From positions 292,772 to 356,771 of the forward strand of contig QPMI01000411.1 in the NCBI GenBank assembly GCA_004431415.1: a stretch of DNA of 64,000 nucleotides. The letters run 5' to 3'. Positions within the stretch are counted from its first letter, which is position 1; each line of letters opens with the position of its first letter. The position numbers and the translations under genes were made by a program. This DNA comes from Cyanophora paradoxa CCMP329 (taxonomy: Eukaryota; Plantae; Glaucophyta). This document shows, piece after piece, positions 25,701 to 38,287 of this stretch. The notes under the pieces are model-generated. The model made no database searches, was not told the origin of the DNA, and saw only the letters and a list, made by a program, of their open reading frames with translations.

Positions 25701-28700
25701 CTAGCGGCGCTTGGCGGGGTAGGAGAGGCGGAGGACGAGGAAGGCGAGGAGGCGCGCCGCGAGGCCGAAGCCCAGCAGCACGAGCAGGTCCTGCTCGCGG
25801 GGAGAGGGGGAGGGCGAGGGGGGCGCGTGAGCTCGAGGAGAGGAAAACGAGAGGGGGCGGAAGCGAGAGGCGGGGGCGGGCCTTCTCGAGCTGGTCGAAG
25901 CGGTAGGACTGGCCGCGGTCGCGGTCCGCCGCGCTCGACTCGACGTACGCGACCACCGCCGCCAGCGACTCGGCGTCCATCCGCTCCCGCCGCACCTGCC
26001 CCGCCCCCGAGGCACCGTCAGGCCGGCCCGCCGCCCGAGCGCACGCCGCGCTTCGGCCACGGCTAATCTAGCTTCGAGGAGGCCGCCGGGAAGCGCTATG
26101 AAGTAAGAATCGCGGGGGACGGGGCGGGGGCGGGCCTCGGCGTTGAAGAGGGCCTCGCCGGCCCAGCGGCCCCAGCAGAACTGGCCCGCGAAGTTGGGCT
26201 GCACCCCCAGCCCCGCGATCATGGCCGCCGTCGCCGCGAGCAGCAGCGCCCCCTCCTGGATGACGACGAGGGCCGAGGCGCAGTAGCCCACCCCGAAGGC
26301 CGCGAACTCGAGGAGCAGCACGGCCCCGAGGTAGGGCCCGAAGGGGCCCACCGGGCTCGCCGTCATCACGTACACGCTCGTCAGCGTCAGCGAGCCTGCG
26401 CGCGCCGCCGCCGGCATCGGGGGCGGCCGAGCCTCGTGGCGGGGCGGGGCGGGGCGGGGCGGGGCGGGGCGGGCGCACTGACGGCGATGGTGGGGAGGTC
26501 GGCGAGGCAGCGGGCGAGGAAGTAGGCCCCGGGGCTCAGGCCCGCCCCGCACTCCCGCCAGAACACCCCCCGCTCCCGCCCTGCGCGTGTGCGCGCCGGG
26601 CGGTCAGCTCAGAGGGGCGGCGCGCTGGACGACTCGCGCGCGCGCTCGCTGGCGCGCCGAAGGTGCGGACGCCCATGGTGACGGAGATGAGGCCCACCGC
26701 CATCGTGAAGAAGCGCGCCAGCTGCCGGCCCCCGGGGCTCTCAGCGGGCGGGGGCCGGCGGGGCGGGGGGGGCGGAGCCGGCGCGCCTGGTCCGTCGAGT
26801 CGACTTCGGGGGTCGTGCAGAAGGGCTGCAGAGGGGCGCCCCCGCCTCAGGCGGGCCCGGCGGGGCGGGGCGGGGCGGGGGGCGGGGGGCGGGGCGGGCC
26901 ATGAAGACGTTGAGGCAGAGGGGGCGGTAGCGGAGGGGGATGGGCGGCACGTAGACCGACTGCGGCTCGAACGCGATCCCTGCGAGCGAGGGAGCGTCAG
27001 CGGCGCCTCGCCAGCGGGGCGGGCGGGGCGGGGCGGGGCGGGCCGAGGATGAGGCCGGCGATGGCGGAGGTGAGGACGTCCGTCACCAGCGACCCCGTCG
27101 CGTGCTTCGCCTGCCGCGTCGGCGTCGGCCCCGGCCCCGGCCCCGGCCGGGGCGCGTGGCGGCACCTGGTCGGCGGAGCGGGCGGCGAAGTGGGCGAGCT
27201 GGCGCAGGAAGCCCGGGCCCCGCGCCGGCGCCCCGGCCGCCGACGCCGCCTCCTCCTCCTCCCGGGGCCGGCTTCCGGGGGCCGGGCCGAGGGCAGGCGG
27301 CGGGCCTCCCAGAGGGCGGGCAGATCGGGCTGGGCGGGGCCGAGCACGGGCGGGGCGGCGCCTGCGTGCTCCCCGCCCGGGGCCGCGGGCGAGGGGAGGG
27401 CCCCGACGCCTGCGCCGCCTCGGCCGACCCCGCGGGGTGTCGGCCTCGTCGGAGGGGGGTACGGCCCCCGCGAGGAGGTCCACCATGTGGTCCGCTGCGC
27501 GGCGCGCTCGCTCGGCCGCGCCCCGCGGGCACCCGTACCCCCGGGGCGCCGCCTCGCACCGGGGTTGACGAGCTTGGGGCAAGGGAAACCGAGGGAGGCG
27601 AAGTAGGGCTCGGCGGCCCCGGGGGGGCCCAGGTAGGCGAGGCGCCCGCCTACGCCGCGGCGGTGAGCGGGGCGGAGGGGGCGGGCGGGGGGAGAGGGGG
27701 GGCGGGCGGGCCGGGGATGCCGGGGGAGGGCCCGAGGAGGGCCACCACGTCGAACTCGCGGAAGATCTCGAACCTGCCGCCCCGCCCCGCCCCGCCCCGC
27801 CCGGTCAGCCGCCGGCAGAGCGCGGGCCCGAGGCGGCCGGCGGGGGCGCGCCGCGGCTGGTGGATGACGTTGACGACTGTAACGCCCGAGCCGGCCAGCC
27901 CGCGGAAGAGCGCGAACCTGCCGCCCGCGCTCAGCCGGGGGCGGACGGGCGGCCCGGCCCGGGGCGGGGCGGGGCGGGGCGCTGACACGTCCTGGGCGGT
28001 GGTGGCGTCGAGGCCGCTGGTGCCCTGCGCGCGGGCGCCGGCCCCGCCGCGCCTCAGCGAGGGGAAGGAAGCGGGAAGGCAGAGGGCGGGGCGGGGCGGG
28101 CCTCGTCGACGAGGAGGAGGTCGGGGGCGGCGACGAGCTCCAGGCCGACGCTCACGCGCTTCCGCTGGCCCCCGCTCACCCCGAGGCTCCCCTCCCTGAA
28201 GCAGCCTCAGCAGGCCGCCCCAGACCACCCCGGCGGGGCGGGACGGGGCGGGGGCGGGGCGGGGAGGGGGCACCGCTCGTCGCCGACGATGCGGTGGCGC
28301 TGCTCGGAGAGCCCGAGCCGCTCCACGCACCACTCCACCTGGGCCCCGCCTCAGGGGGGAGGAAGTGGTGGGGGGTAGGGCCTTGCCTGGGCCCGCCGCT
28401 GGTCGTCGGACCACTCCGCCGGCAGCCGCAGCTTCGCGCTGTACATCAGATTCTACGGAGGAAAGGGTCACGGGGGACGAGCAAGGCGGGCGGGGGAGGG
28501 AGCTAGGGGGTACGCGGCCGCGCCTCCATGACGGTGAGGTCCCGGAGCATGACGTCATCCTGGGGGAACGTCGGACGGGGGGTACGAGGGCGGCGAAAAG
28601 TCGGGGACGGACCTGGGGGACGTAGCCGACGCGGGCGGTGCTGCGGGGGGGTACGGGGCGCCCGCCGACGAGGACGCGGCCGGCGGTCGGGGCGAGCTTC

Positions 28701-29716
28701 CCCGCCAGCAGCTGCAGCAGGACCGACTTGCCCGCCCCGGACGGGCCTGTACCCCCGCCCCGCCCCGCTCATGCCAGGCGGCGCGGGGACTGGGGCGGGG
28801 GCGGGGCGGGGCGGGGGCGACGGACCGAGGATGGCGTGGACGCCGGCGGCGGGGAATGCGCCGTTGAGGTTGGAGAGGATGGGCCGGCCCCGCGCCGAGA
28901 AGCCCAGGCCCTCGAAGGAGAGCCCGTACCCCCGCCCGCGCCCCGGGCCGGGCGGGGCGGGGGGCGAGGCGGCGCCGCCGGCGTCCGCGACGCGCCCGAA
29001 GCGCCCCGCGTAACGGAAGCGGCCCTCGTAGAAGCGCACGAAGGCCTGCCGCCGCGCCGGTCACCAGAGGGCGCGCGGGGGGAGGGGCGGGGAGGGGGCG
29101 CGCGTGGAGGCCGAGGAGGGCGAGGGCGCCCAGGACGAGGAGGATGACGCCGCCTGCGGCGAGGCTCGGCGCGGGGCGGCGCGGGGCGGGGCGGGGCGGG
29201 GCGCGTGGGGCGCGCGGACCGAAGAAGAAGCCGCGGCGGCTGCCCTCGGGGCAGATGTACGTCGACTCGCACGGGATGGGCTCAGCGTAGCCCGCCCGGC
29301 AGAAGGCGCCCCGCGGGCACGGCAGCTCCTCGCGGCCCCCCGGCGGGCAGTACATCCCCTCCCTGCGGGCCGCCCGGCCTGCGTGAGCGCGCGCGCGCAT
29401 GTGTGGACGTGCGTACGCACCGGCATCGTCGGGGCGGCGTGTTCTGGAGGCAGAGCCATCCCTGCGGGCAGTCGTACGGCGCGATGCCGCGCGGCCGCCT
29501 GAACGACGTGCAGTCGTATCTGAGAACATCAGGTTAACGTTGGGGTTAGCGGGGAGGAGAGGCTCGCGGTAAGCGTTGAGGTCGGTCACTCGAGCTCACG
29601 CGCGCGCACCCTGGAGGGCAGACGCCAGGAGGCAGCTGAGACTGCTGAGCAGCGGCAAGACTCGACAGGAAAAGGACGACAGCGGCCTGGACGGCGCCGG
29701 CGCCACCGGGCGCCAT
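25701..29716 (-). CDS. ABCG (white-family) half transporter with signal peptide and Cys-rich extracellular N-terminus
   Basis: MAPGGAGAVQAAVVLFLSSLAAAQ signal peptide; YCPPG/CPRGAFC repeats; Walker A GPSGAGKS; Q-loop GYVPQDD; signature VSGGQRKRVSVGLEL; Walker B LLLVDE; TSGLD; H-loop VIHQPR; C-terminal TM helices; stop at 25701. Confidence 0.88.
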
Positions 29717-30233
29717 CCCGGGCGGGTGTGTTCGCTAGTGCTCGCGTATCGCAGATCGGGCGCGCTGCTGATCGGCACTACTAGTCATCCTTAAAGCTTG
29801 CTCACTTTCCGCCGCTGCTCACTTCTGCGTACTTCGCTCAGCGACGCTCAGTGCGCTCACAGCTGGACGGGTACCGCATGCAACCGTACATCGTACTTAG
29901 GGTCCTAGTGCGGGTACTTGGCTCATACCTGGCGTTGCCGACCTCCGGGATCCGTGATGTTGCCAGCTGCAGTACCAAGCAGCACTCCGGCCCAGCTTCT
30001 TGCGCTTCTTGTTACGGTTGTTCGGAGCTAGCTAGGGCGCGCCGGCGCGTGCGCATCGATATCGACATCGCGGGCTGTCGACACGACATGTCGACCACGC
30101 GTGACTCCTCGTGGTTGCGAGCTCCTGTCACTCCGCTTTAGCTTAGGTTACTGTGCGATTTAGCAAGATTGCTGCCGCTTAGCTGAGCCTAGCCCGAGGG
30201 AGGCGGTGCGGCGGCGCGTTCAGCTGCAGCGCG

Positions 30234-33200
30234 ATGGCCGGCGCGTACACGTGCGAGGCGGGGAAGGACTGCGTCGGTGTGCAGGTGCTCTCCGACGCGC
30301 CCCTGCGCTGCAGCAGCGGTTCGTTCTGTTCTTCCGGGCCGGCGCCCCGCGGGCCTGGCGCCTGCAGCTAACGCGCGTCAAGGAATGGCTTGCCCCGGAG
30401 GGAACTTTACGATGTCCTGGTGCCCGGAGGGATCCTACTGCCCTCTGTCGCTCGGCAGGCCGTGCGCACGAGCCGCGCCCCGCCGCGCACGGCCGCCTTC
30501 CTCGAATCCGTGCGTATGCGCGCCGCCTGACCCGACCGCAGGCTGGAATGCACGAAGGGCAGCTTCTGCCCCGACGCGATGGCGGAGCCCATCCCCTGCC
30601 CCGTGGCCTCGCAATGCCCCGCGGGGGCCCGCATCTACTCGCAGTACCTCTACATCCTCATCGCCGCCCCCTTTGTTCTCGCCACGTTTGTTTTGCTCGC
30701 CCGCACCCTCCTCGCCGCCGCCGGGCGCACGCTCTTCTGCCGTCGCGTGCGCCACGACGTGCGGCCGGGCCCCTCGGCGCGCGGGGCGGGGGCGGCGGGC
30801 GGCGGGGCCGGGGAGGTGGCGGTGGCGGTGTCGGACCTGGGGACGGACCTGGCGGCGCTGGCGGAGCCGGCGGCGCCGCGGGCGCTGCACGTGCGCTTCG
30901 AGCGGCTCAGTGTCGCCGTGCGCGGCGAGCGCGGGCGGGAGACCCTCGTCCTCAGGGACGTCTCCGGCGACTTCAAGCCCGGCCAGGCCCGCACCCCTGT
31001 CCCCCCCCCCCCCCCCCCCCCCCTCCTCAGCCGCCACCGGGTGCAGGTGACGGCCGTGATGGGGGCCTCCGGGGCCGGCAAGACCACGTGCGCCGCCCCC
31101 CTCCCCCACTCCTCCGGCGCCCCCCCGCCCTCTGACGCCCGCCCCGCAGCCTCGTCGTGCGCCCTCTACCCCTCCTTCCCCCCTCCCCTCCCCCCCCCGG
31201 CCCTCCCGACGGGCGGCAGAACGTGCTGCTGGGGAAGCTGGCGCACTCGAAGGGGCGGGTGCTGGTGAACGGGGCGGAGGAGCGCATGGCGCGCTTCGCC
31301 CGCCTCGTCGGCTTCGTGCCCCAGGCCCGCAGCGCCCCCCGCGCCGGCCCCGAGGCGCGCCTCGCGCGGCTGACGGGCGCGCCGCAGGACGACGTCCTCC
31401 TAAGGGCCCTCACCGTCCGCGAGGCCCGCCCGCCCCGCCGCCCCTCCCCCTCCACTCCCCCAGCCGACCCCCCACGGGCCCCCCGCAGACTCTGGAGCAC
31501 GCGGCTGCGACGCGGCTGCCGCGTGGCGCCACCCGCGCCCAGCGCGCCGCCGTCGTCGACCGGCGCGCCGCCCTCCTCCCCGCGGGGCCGTGTGCCGGCG
31601 GGGCTGACGAGGGCCGGTCAGGGCGCTGGAGACGCTGCAGCTCGCCTCGCTCGCCTCCCGCCTCGTCGGCGACGAGCTCCGCCGCGGTGCGCCGCACCCG
31701 CCGCTCCCGCCGGCCGCCCCGCCCCGCCCCGCGCCCGCGCGACCGCCCCGCCGCGCCCCGCCCCGGGCGCAGGCCTCTCCCGCTCGGAGCGCAAGCGCCT
31801 CAACATCGGCGTGCGCTCCGCGCCGCCCCCGCGCCGCCCGCGCCGCCTCGCCGGCCCCTGAGCGCGAGGAGGCAGGTGGAGCTCGTGGCCGAGCCGCGCC
31901 TCCTCTTCGTCGACGAGGCCCGCCCACCCGCCCGCCCGCCCGCCCGCCCGCCCCCGCCGCTGAGGCCGAGGCCCTCGCGCAGCCGACCACGGGCCTCGAC
32001 GCGCGCACCTCCCACGTGCGCCCCCCGCCCCCTGTGCTCCTTGGTCCTCCTGGGGCCCGAGCGGGGCGGGGCGGCCGGCAGGAGCTGGTGGAGGCCCTGG
32101 GGCGCATCGCGGGGGCGGGGGTCACGGTCGTCGCCGTGCTGCACCAGCCGCGCTACGAGATCCTCCAGATGTGCTCCGAGGTCCTCCCCCATGCCCCCCC
32201 AATATCAATATCAATATCAATGACTCCGCCCAGGTGCTGCTGCTGGGCAAGGGCGGCTTCGTGGCCTTCCAGGGGCGCCCCGACCGCGCCCTCCACTACT
32301 TCCAGGCCCGCCCCGCCCCGCCCCGCCCCGCCCCGCCCCCCCCGGCCCCGCCCCGCCCTGAGGCTCGCTCTGCTCCCCCCGCAGGAGCTGGGGTACCGCC
32401 TCGAGGAGGGCATGAACCCCGCCGACCTCTTCCTCGACGTCCTCAACTGCCGCGCCGTCCGCCCCTGCCCCCGTACCCCGCTTCCCCAAGCGACCCGTAC
32501 CCCTTCTTTTCCGAGCGCGCGGGCCCGGCAGATGCGGGAGGCGGCGCCGCCGGCCGCGCTGCCGCCGCTCTCGGGGCGGCACCTCCCCATCCCCTCCCCA
32601 TCCTTCCGCTCCTCCCGGGTGCTCCCGCCTCCCCTTTCTTTCCCCTGCGCCCTCTGAAGGCCGGCGCGCCCCCCGCAGCACTCCCTGCGCCTCCCGCCGC
32701 TCGGCTCCTCGCCGGCGCTCGCGGGAGCAGGGGAGGCGGCGGGAGAGGCGGCGGGGGGGGCGGGCGGGGCCGGGGGCGAGCTGCTGCCGACGACGCTCGA
32801 GTTCCTCGAGGCGGCCGCGCGCGCCCACGGGGTACGCCCTCTCGTACCCCCCCCTCACCCGCCCCCTTCCGACCCCCCGCCGCGCGGCAGGTCACGCTCG
32901 ACCCAGGGGACGCGCCGGCCCCGGGCGAGGCGGCGGAGCGGGAGCGCGCGGCGGCGGCGCCCCCGGCGGGGCGCTGCGGATCGGGGGCGAGCGGTGGGGC
33001 CGCCTGGAGGGCGGGGAGGGCCTGCTGGCGTGGGCGGGGCGGGCGCTGCGGGGCGACGGGCGGGCCTCGCTGCGGCGCACCCCGGGCTTCTGGCGGCAGC
33101 TCCCCTCTACTTCGCCCGGTGCCGCCCCCGCTGGCCGCCGCCGCCCGCCGCGCCGGCCGCCGCGGCGCCGGCTCACGCTGGGCCAGGGACGTGCGGAGCA

Positions 33201-34642
33201 CGCTGCACGACCGGTCTACCTCGTCCTCGGCATCGTCTCCATGCTCCTCGCCGGCTCCTCCATGTGCGTCGCGCCCGGCGGCCGCCCTCCCCCGCGCCGC
33301 GCCGCGCCGCGCCCCGCGTCACCGGCGGCGCAACGCAGGGCGGCGGGGTTCAACGGGCGGGTGCGGTACCTGCCGCGGCTGCCGGCGGCGGTCGTCGCGG
33401 TGTGCCCGATGGCCGTGCGCGAGCGCTGCGCCACGGAGGCCGCCCTCGGCATCATCCCTACTACCTCGTCCGTCCCGCCCGCCCCGCCCCTCAGCCTCCG
33501 CCCGCCCGCCCGCCCGCACCGCCCTCACCCGCTCCTCCTCCTCCTCCTTCTTCTCTCCCCGCAGGGCTTCTACCTGACGATGATCCTGGGGGCGATCTGC
33601 GCCGTCGCCGCCGTCCCCTCATTCGCCAACGACCGGCCCCTCTACTACCGCGAGGCCCGCTCCGCCCGCCCCGCCCCGCCCCCGCCCCCTCCCTGCCCGC
33701 CCCCTCTCACCCTCTTGTTCCCCGCAGGTCGCCGCCGGCTGCAGCGCCCCCGCCTTCTTCGTGCGCCCTTCCCCCGCCCCCGCTTCGACGCGTGCACGCC
33801 GCTTTGTCTGAACGCTGCCGCCCTCTCCGCAGGTCGCCAAGTGTGCCTTTGACGTGGTCCGATCTTGCCCCCCGCTTCCTTCCCACCCTCTCCGCCCCCC
33901 CTCAGCGCCGGCAGATCAACGTCTTCGTCCGCGCGTTCGTCTTCTGCGCCTTCTTCGTGCTCATGATCGGGGCCCCGGGCGGCTTCTGGCCCTGGCTCGG
34001 CATCGTCTTCCCCCTCTGCTGGCCCGCCCCCGCCCCCGCTTCTCGCCGGCGCCCCCGGCTGCCCCCGAGTGCCCGCCCCTGAGGCGGGGGCCGGGCTGGG
34101 CAGGTGCGCGTACGGGGTCGGGTACATCGCGGCGTGCGTGCTGCCGAAGGAGCGGGCGTCGATTGTGGCGGCCGTCGCCGGCGTCGCCTCCGTCATCACC
34201 TCCGGCCTCTCCCCGTCCCTCGCCCAGGTCAAGGACCGCTACGGGCCCATGCAGGCCCGCCCCCGCCCCGGCCCCGCCCGCCCCGCCCCGGCGCCGTCGC
34301 CCCCCCGCCGGCCTCGAGCGCCTCCGCGCGGCGGCAGGTGCTCTGGTGGGTCTCCTTCAACCGGTGGTCGGCGGAGGGGATGGTCATCCTCGCCCTCTCC
34401 GAGTACCGCGCCCGCGGCTTCGACGTCGCCGGGCCCCTCGCCACGCAGGGCTACGAGCTCGACAACTACGTGCGCCCGCCCGCCCCCGCCCCTGGCTCCC
34501 CCGCCCGGCTTCGGGGGTGCGGCGGTGACGAACTCGGCGGGGGCAGTGGCTGGACGTGCTGGTGCCGCTGCTGCTCGGCGTCTCCCACCGCCTCGTCGCC
34601 TTCCTCTGCCTCCGCTACCGCCACCGCGAGAAGCAGCGCTAG
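30234..34642 (+). CDS. ABCG half transporter, paralog 2, with degenerate signature motif
   Basis: Cys-rich N-terminus (WCPEGSYC, CTKGSFCP); Walker A GASGAGKTT; GFVPQDDVLL; signature LSRSERKRLNIG; LLFVDEPTTGLD; VLHQPRYEI; NPADLFLD; DRPLYYRE; TM helices; TAG at 34640-34642. Start tentative. Confidence 0.88.
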
Positions 34643-34719
34643 CCGGGCCCGCGCCGCCCCTCCTGCGTGCCCCGCCGGAACTCTCTTTGCCGCAGTGCGT
34701 GTGATTCTGAGCATGAGCA

Positions 34720-34724
34720 TGTAA
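34720..34724 (+). promoter_or_regulatory. Candidate TGTAA polyadenylation signal
   Basis: TGTAA lies ~80 nt after the ABCG stop at the start of an AT-rich tract. The same motif occurs at 41716-41720 after the RWP-RK stop. UGUAA is the known poly(A) signal of chlorophyte algae. Confidence 0.35.
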
Positions 34725-35409
34725 CATTTATATAATGAATTTACATAACATACACTACACATGTGTATTCACTAGTGCAGTTAACTGATCTGATGCATTC
34801 ACTGGTGCCGTTACACATGCCGGCGCCGGCTTCTAAGTCTGTACGTGGCACTTCGGCCCTGGGGAGCCGGCGACCTAAGCTTTCTTTAATTTAAAACCCG
34901 TGTCCAATTGCAACCGAAAATGGAAAAGAGTAAAAAATGCAAGTCTAGATCTAGAGGGATACTAGAAGCCCTCACGTGCAAATCATGGAATGAACAGATC
35001 GAACGGGATCTACAAAAAGCGCTACATGAACGATGAACGGTACACTTATTTGTAATAGACAAGGTCTTGAATCGAAAGTACTAAGGTAACAAACTCAAGT
35101 CTCACGGTTACTGTCAAAGTACAGGGACACTCGCACTCCACACAAAGCGTCCGGAGAAACTCTGTGGCCCAGTAAGCTTAAGACTAGTAACGTTGATCAT
35201 GAAATTGGGAAATTGCGAAATACGTATACAATGGTAGCGCTGACCAGGACACATTACTATAACTAATTAATATAATATCCATGTCGATATCTATGAAATC
35301 CCCGAAGTCCAGTGCACGTGGGCGCGCGAAGCAGCCGCAAAGAAAACCCAAAAATGCGGAGAAACTGTGGGCCGGGTCGATGCTCATGAGTCGCAAGGTG
35401 GTACGGGGC

Positions 35410-36673
35410 TCACTGGGCGGCGAGGGGGGCGAGGCGGCCGGCGAGGTGGGTGGCGCGGGGGTGGCCGGCGGCGGCGGCGCGCATGGCGAGGGCGACGGCA
35501 GCCGGCGCGTCGCGCGGGGCCCCGGCGGCCCCGAGGCCCGTGGCGAGGGCGAGGGCGTAGAGGGCCTCGGGGCAGGCGGCGGCGGCGGCGCGGCGGAGGG
35601 CGCGCAGGAGGAAGGGCGCCGGCGCGTCGGGCACGCGGAGCCCGTCGAAGGCGAGCGCGGCGTAGAGCGCCGGCGGCGCCGCGTCGACGGCGGCGCGCCA
35701 CTCGCGCGCGACGAGGCGCAGCGCAGCGAGGGCCCCGACCCGCTGCCCCGCCGCCGCGTGCCGCACGACCGCCGCGAGGATCCCGCCCCGCAGGAGGCTC
35801 GCCGCCCACGGCGAACCCTTCGCCTCCGCCGCCGGGCGCCGGAGGGTGAGGAGGGCCGGCGACGGGGAGCGGGAGGAGAGGGGGCTCGCGGGGGCGGGGG
35901 CGGCCTCGGGGGCGGCGGGGAGGGAGAGGGGGAGGGCGGGGGCGGCCTCGTCGTCGCTGGGGCAGCCGAAGCCGTCGTCCTCGTCGATGTCCGCCTCCGA
36001 GTCGCTCTCCTCCAGCCGCCGCAGCGCCGCCCCCGCCTCCGCCCGCACCCGCTTCCCCGGCCCCGACGCCAGCACGTAGATCTCGTACAGCTGCCCGCCC
36101 CGCCCCGCCGGGATCAGCCGGCGGGCGGCCGGCGGGGCGCGCGGGGCGGGGGCGGACCATCCTCATCGTGGCGGGGTCGAGCGCCGGCGCCGCCCGCGCC
36201 TGCCCGGCGTGGACCGGGGCGCTGGGCCGGAGGAAGGCCTCCCTCGCGCGCGCCCAGACCTCCTTGCGCCGCCGCGAGGCCACGTAGCCTCCTGCGAGGG
36301 CCCGCCGCCGCATCGGCCGGCGCCGTGCAGCGGGCCGCCGGCGTCCGCGCGTACGCGTCCGCGCACCGCAGCTGTCGACGAAGGAAGCAAAAGCGGCGAG
36401 GTCCAAAACGGCGCCGCCGGGGAGCACTGGTGACGGCAGCTGCAGGTGCAGGAACGGCCTCTTTTTGTCGGCGCGGGCGTCCTGCTGCTCAAGTCACGGG
36501 GCGCCCAAACAACTCGAGCGAAGAATCGGTGGCGCTGCTCCGCTTACCCCGGATGGGACGCTGGCCTTAAGCTTGGCTGCGTCCTCGAGCTCATCGCAGC
36601 GCTCGCGATCGAGCTCCCGGGGAACAGGGGCTTCGCTTCCGCGCGCCGGGCACACTTGCAATTGGGGCGGCAT
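35410..36673 (-). CDS. ARID-like + F-box-like + Sel1-like repeat protein
   Basis: GAVLDLAAFASFVDSC-GGYVASRRRKEVW...LYEIYVL resembles ARID; ALRLVAREWRAAV resembles the F-box end; ALYALALATGLG..PRDAPAAVALAMRAAAAGHPRA resembles Sel1. Start approximate. Confidence 0.55.
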
Positions 36674-37574
36674 CAGAGAAGTAATGGAAGGTGCGACGTC
36701 GACCGATCGCGAGCCGTGTAACGCCCAAGCACGATCGGGCGACGAGCTCAGCCCGCCCGATGGGAGCTCGAGCCGGACGAAGCTTAAGATTGAATACGTG
36801 TGGTGTGGGAGCGGGCCAGGCAGGCGGAACTTCGGAAGCAACTTGGAAAGGAGATGCGCTTCGAGTTCGACCGATCAGCCAGCAGCGGGACCGTCGGACC
36901 TACTAGGCTACTGCTGCATGCAGCGCGCGCTAGCTGGAGCCTGCTGCAGCTGCAGCTGCTAGCGCTGGAGTAATGCCATCGAATGCGGAGTGATACTCCG
37001 CAGATATCGATACTAGTACTGGTTTAGCTATAGATTGCAGACTGCGACAATCGACAATTGCAAGGGCGCGTGCGCGCCTTCCGCAATCCGCGGCGGAGCT
37101 CGCGATCGAGGCCGCGGATCGATATCCCGGAGCAGCCGCGCGGCCCGCGCCTACTGAGCCTACGTACTAAGCTAAATTAAAAGGCTGCGAAGGCGCCGAA
37201 GGCTACAGCTACATATACGTAACTTGTAACGACGCGTCGACGACGCGTCGGCGACTCGGCGGGCGCGGGCCGGGCCACCGGGGCCGGGCCAGTACCGTAG
37301 TAGTACGGTAGTACTATAGCTACGGTACGTAGAACGCCAGTACGCGTACGAGAACGTACGTATAGTCGTCGTATACGCGTCTCGAGAACACGGCATGGGG
37401 CCTCACTGGCAGGCCCTCAGCAGGCAGCGTCTTGGAGCGGATTGGGGTCTTGGATCCGGAGCGCTCCAATCCTCGCGGGGGATCGGCGCACGAAATCCTA
37501 TTCAGGATCTCTCTAAATCTCCCGTCCTATACGAATACGTATACGGTATATATGGCCGACGGGCGGCGCGACGG

Positions 37575-38090
37575 CCGCGGGCCAGAGTTCCAAAATTTTT
37601 TGTGGGCCCAGGAGACCCCCAAAAATTTTTAAAAATTTTTAAAAATTTTTGAAAAATTTCTCAAAAATTTTTGCCATACAAACGAGAAGGCACGTTCCAG
37701 AGGCGCGCAAACGCGCTCTAAACGTGCTCTTAAGGTCCTCTTAACATTCTTGTAGCATGGGAAGTGGTCAGAAGTTTTATTTCGAGCCCATTTGGGCGAA
37801 GACACACTCATGAATTTCCTAGGGCTCGCCAGGGGTACAGTGAGGTCTGACCCTTATCGACGTGCAGAGTGCCCCTATCGCATTGCTTATCGCTTAAACT
37901 TCATTATACATGCAAGAGATACGTAAAGGAAGCTTATTACGACGTGTTCTGCACGAGAAAAGGGCCCCCCGAATATTTTCTCGAGCAAAATTTTTTGAGC
38001 GTCCAGCCGAGACCAAAAAATTTTGCAAAAATTTTACAAAAAATTTTGTTTTATTTTTCGAAAAATTTTTCGGCCGGAACCCTGCCGCGG
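37575..38090. mobile_element. Possible MITE/foldback-like element with A5T5 tract arrays at both ends
   Basis: Imperfect inverted ends: CCGCGGGCCAGAGTTCC (left) and GGAACCCTGCCGCGG (right). Each adjoins tandem AAAAATTTTT tracts (37592-37672, 37987-38070). Non-coding, AT-rich interior. Confidence 0.35.
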
Positions 38091-38172
38091 GCGCGCGCGC
38101 GCGCGCCGGCGCCTGCGCGCGGCCCCGCGCGGGCGCTGAAACTCAACCGTCGCTCTCTCTTCCCCCCCGGCC

Positions 38173-38287
38173 GGGGCGTACGTCGTTCTTTGTGATTCTG
38201 GGTACAGCCAGCGGGCAGCGGCTGCAACAAAAAACGAAGGGGCGTACGTTGTTCTTTGCATCTGGGTACAGCAAACAAAAAACGAAG
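38173..38287. repeat. Imperfect tandem duplication, ~66-bp period
   Basis: GGGGCGTACGTYGTTCTTTG...TCTGGGTACAGC...CAAAAAACGAAG occurs at 38173 and again at 38239. Confidence 0.6.
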
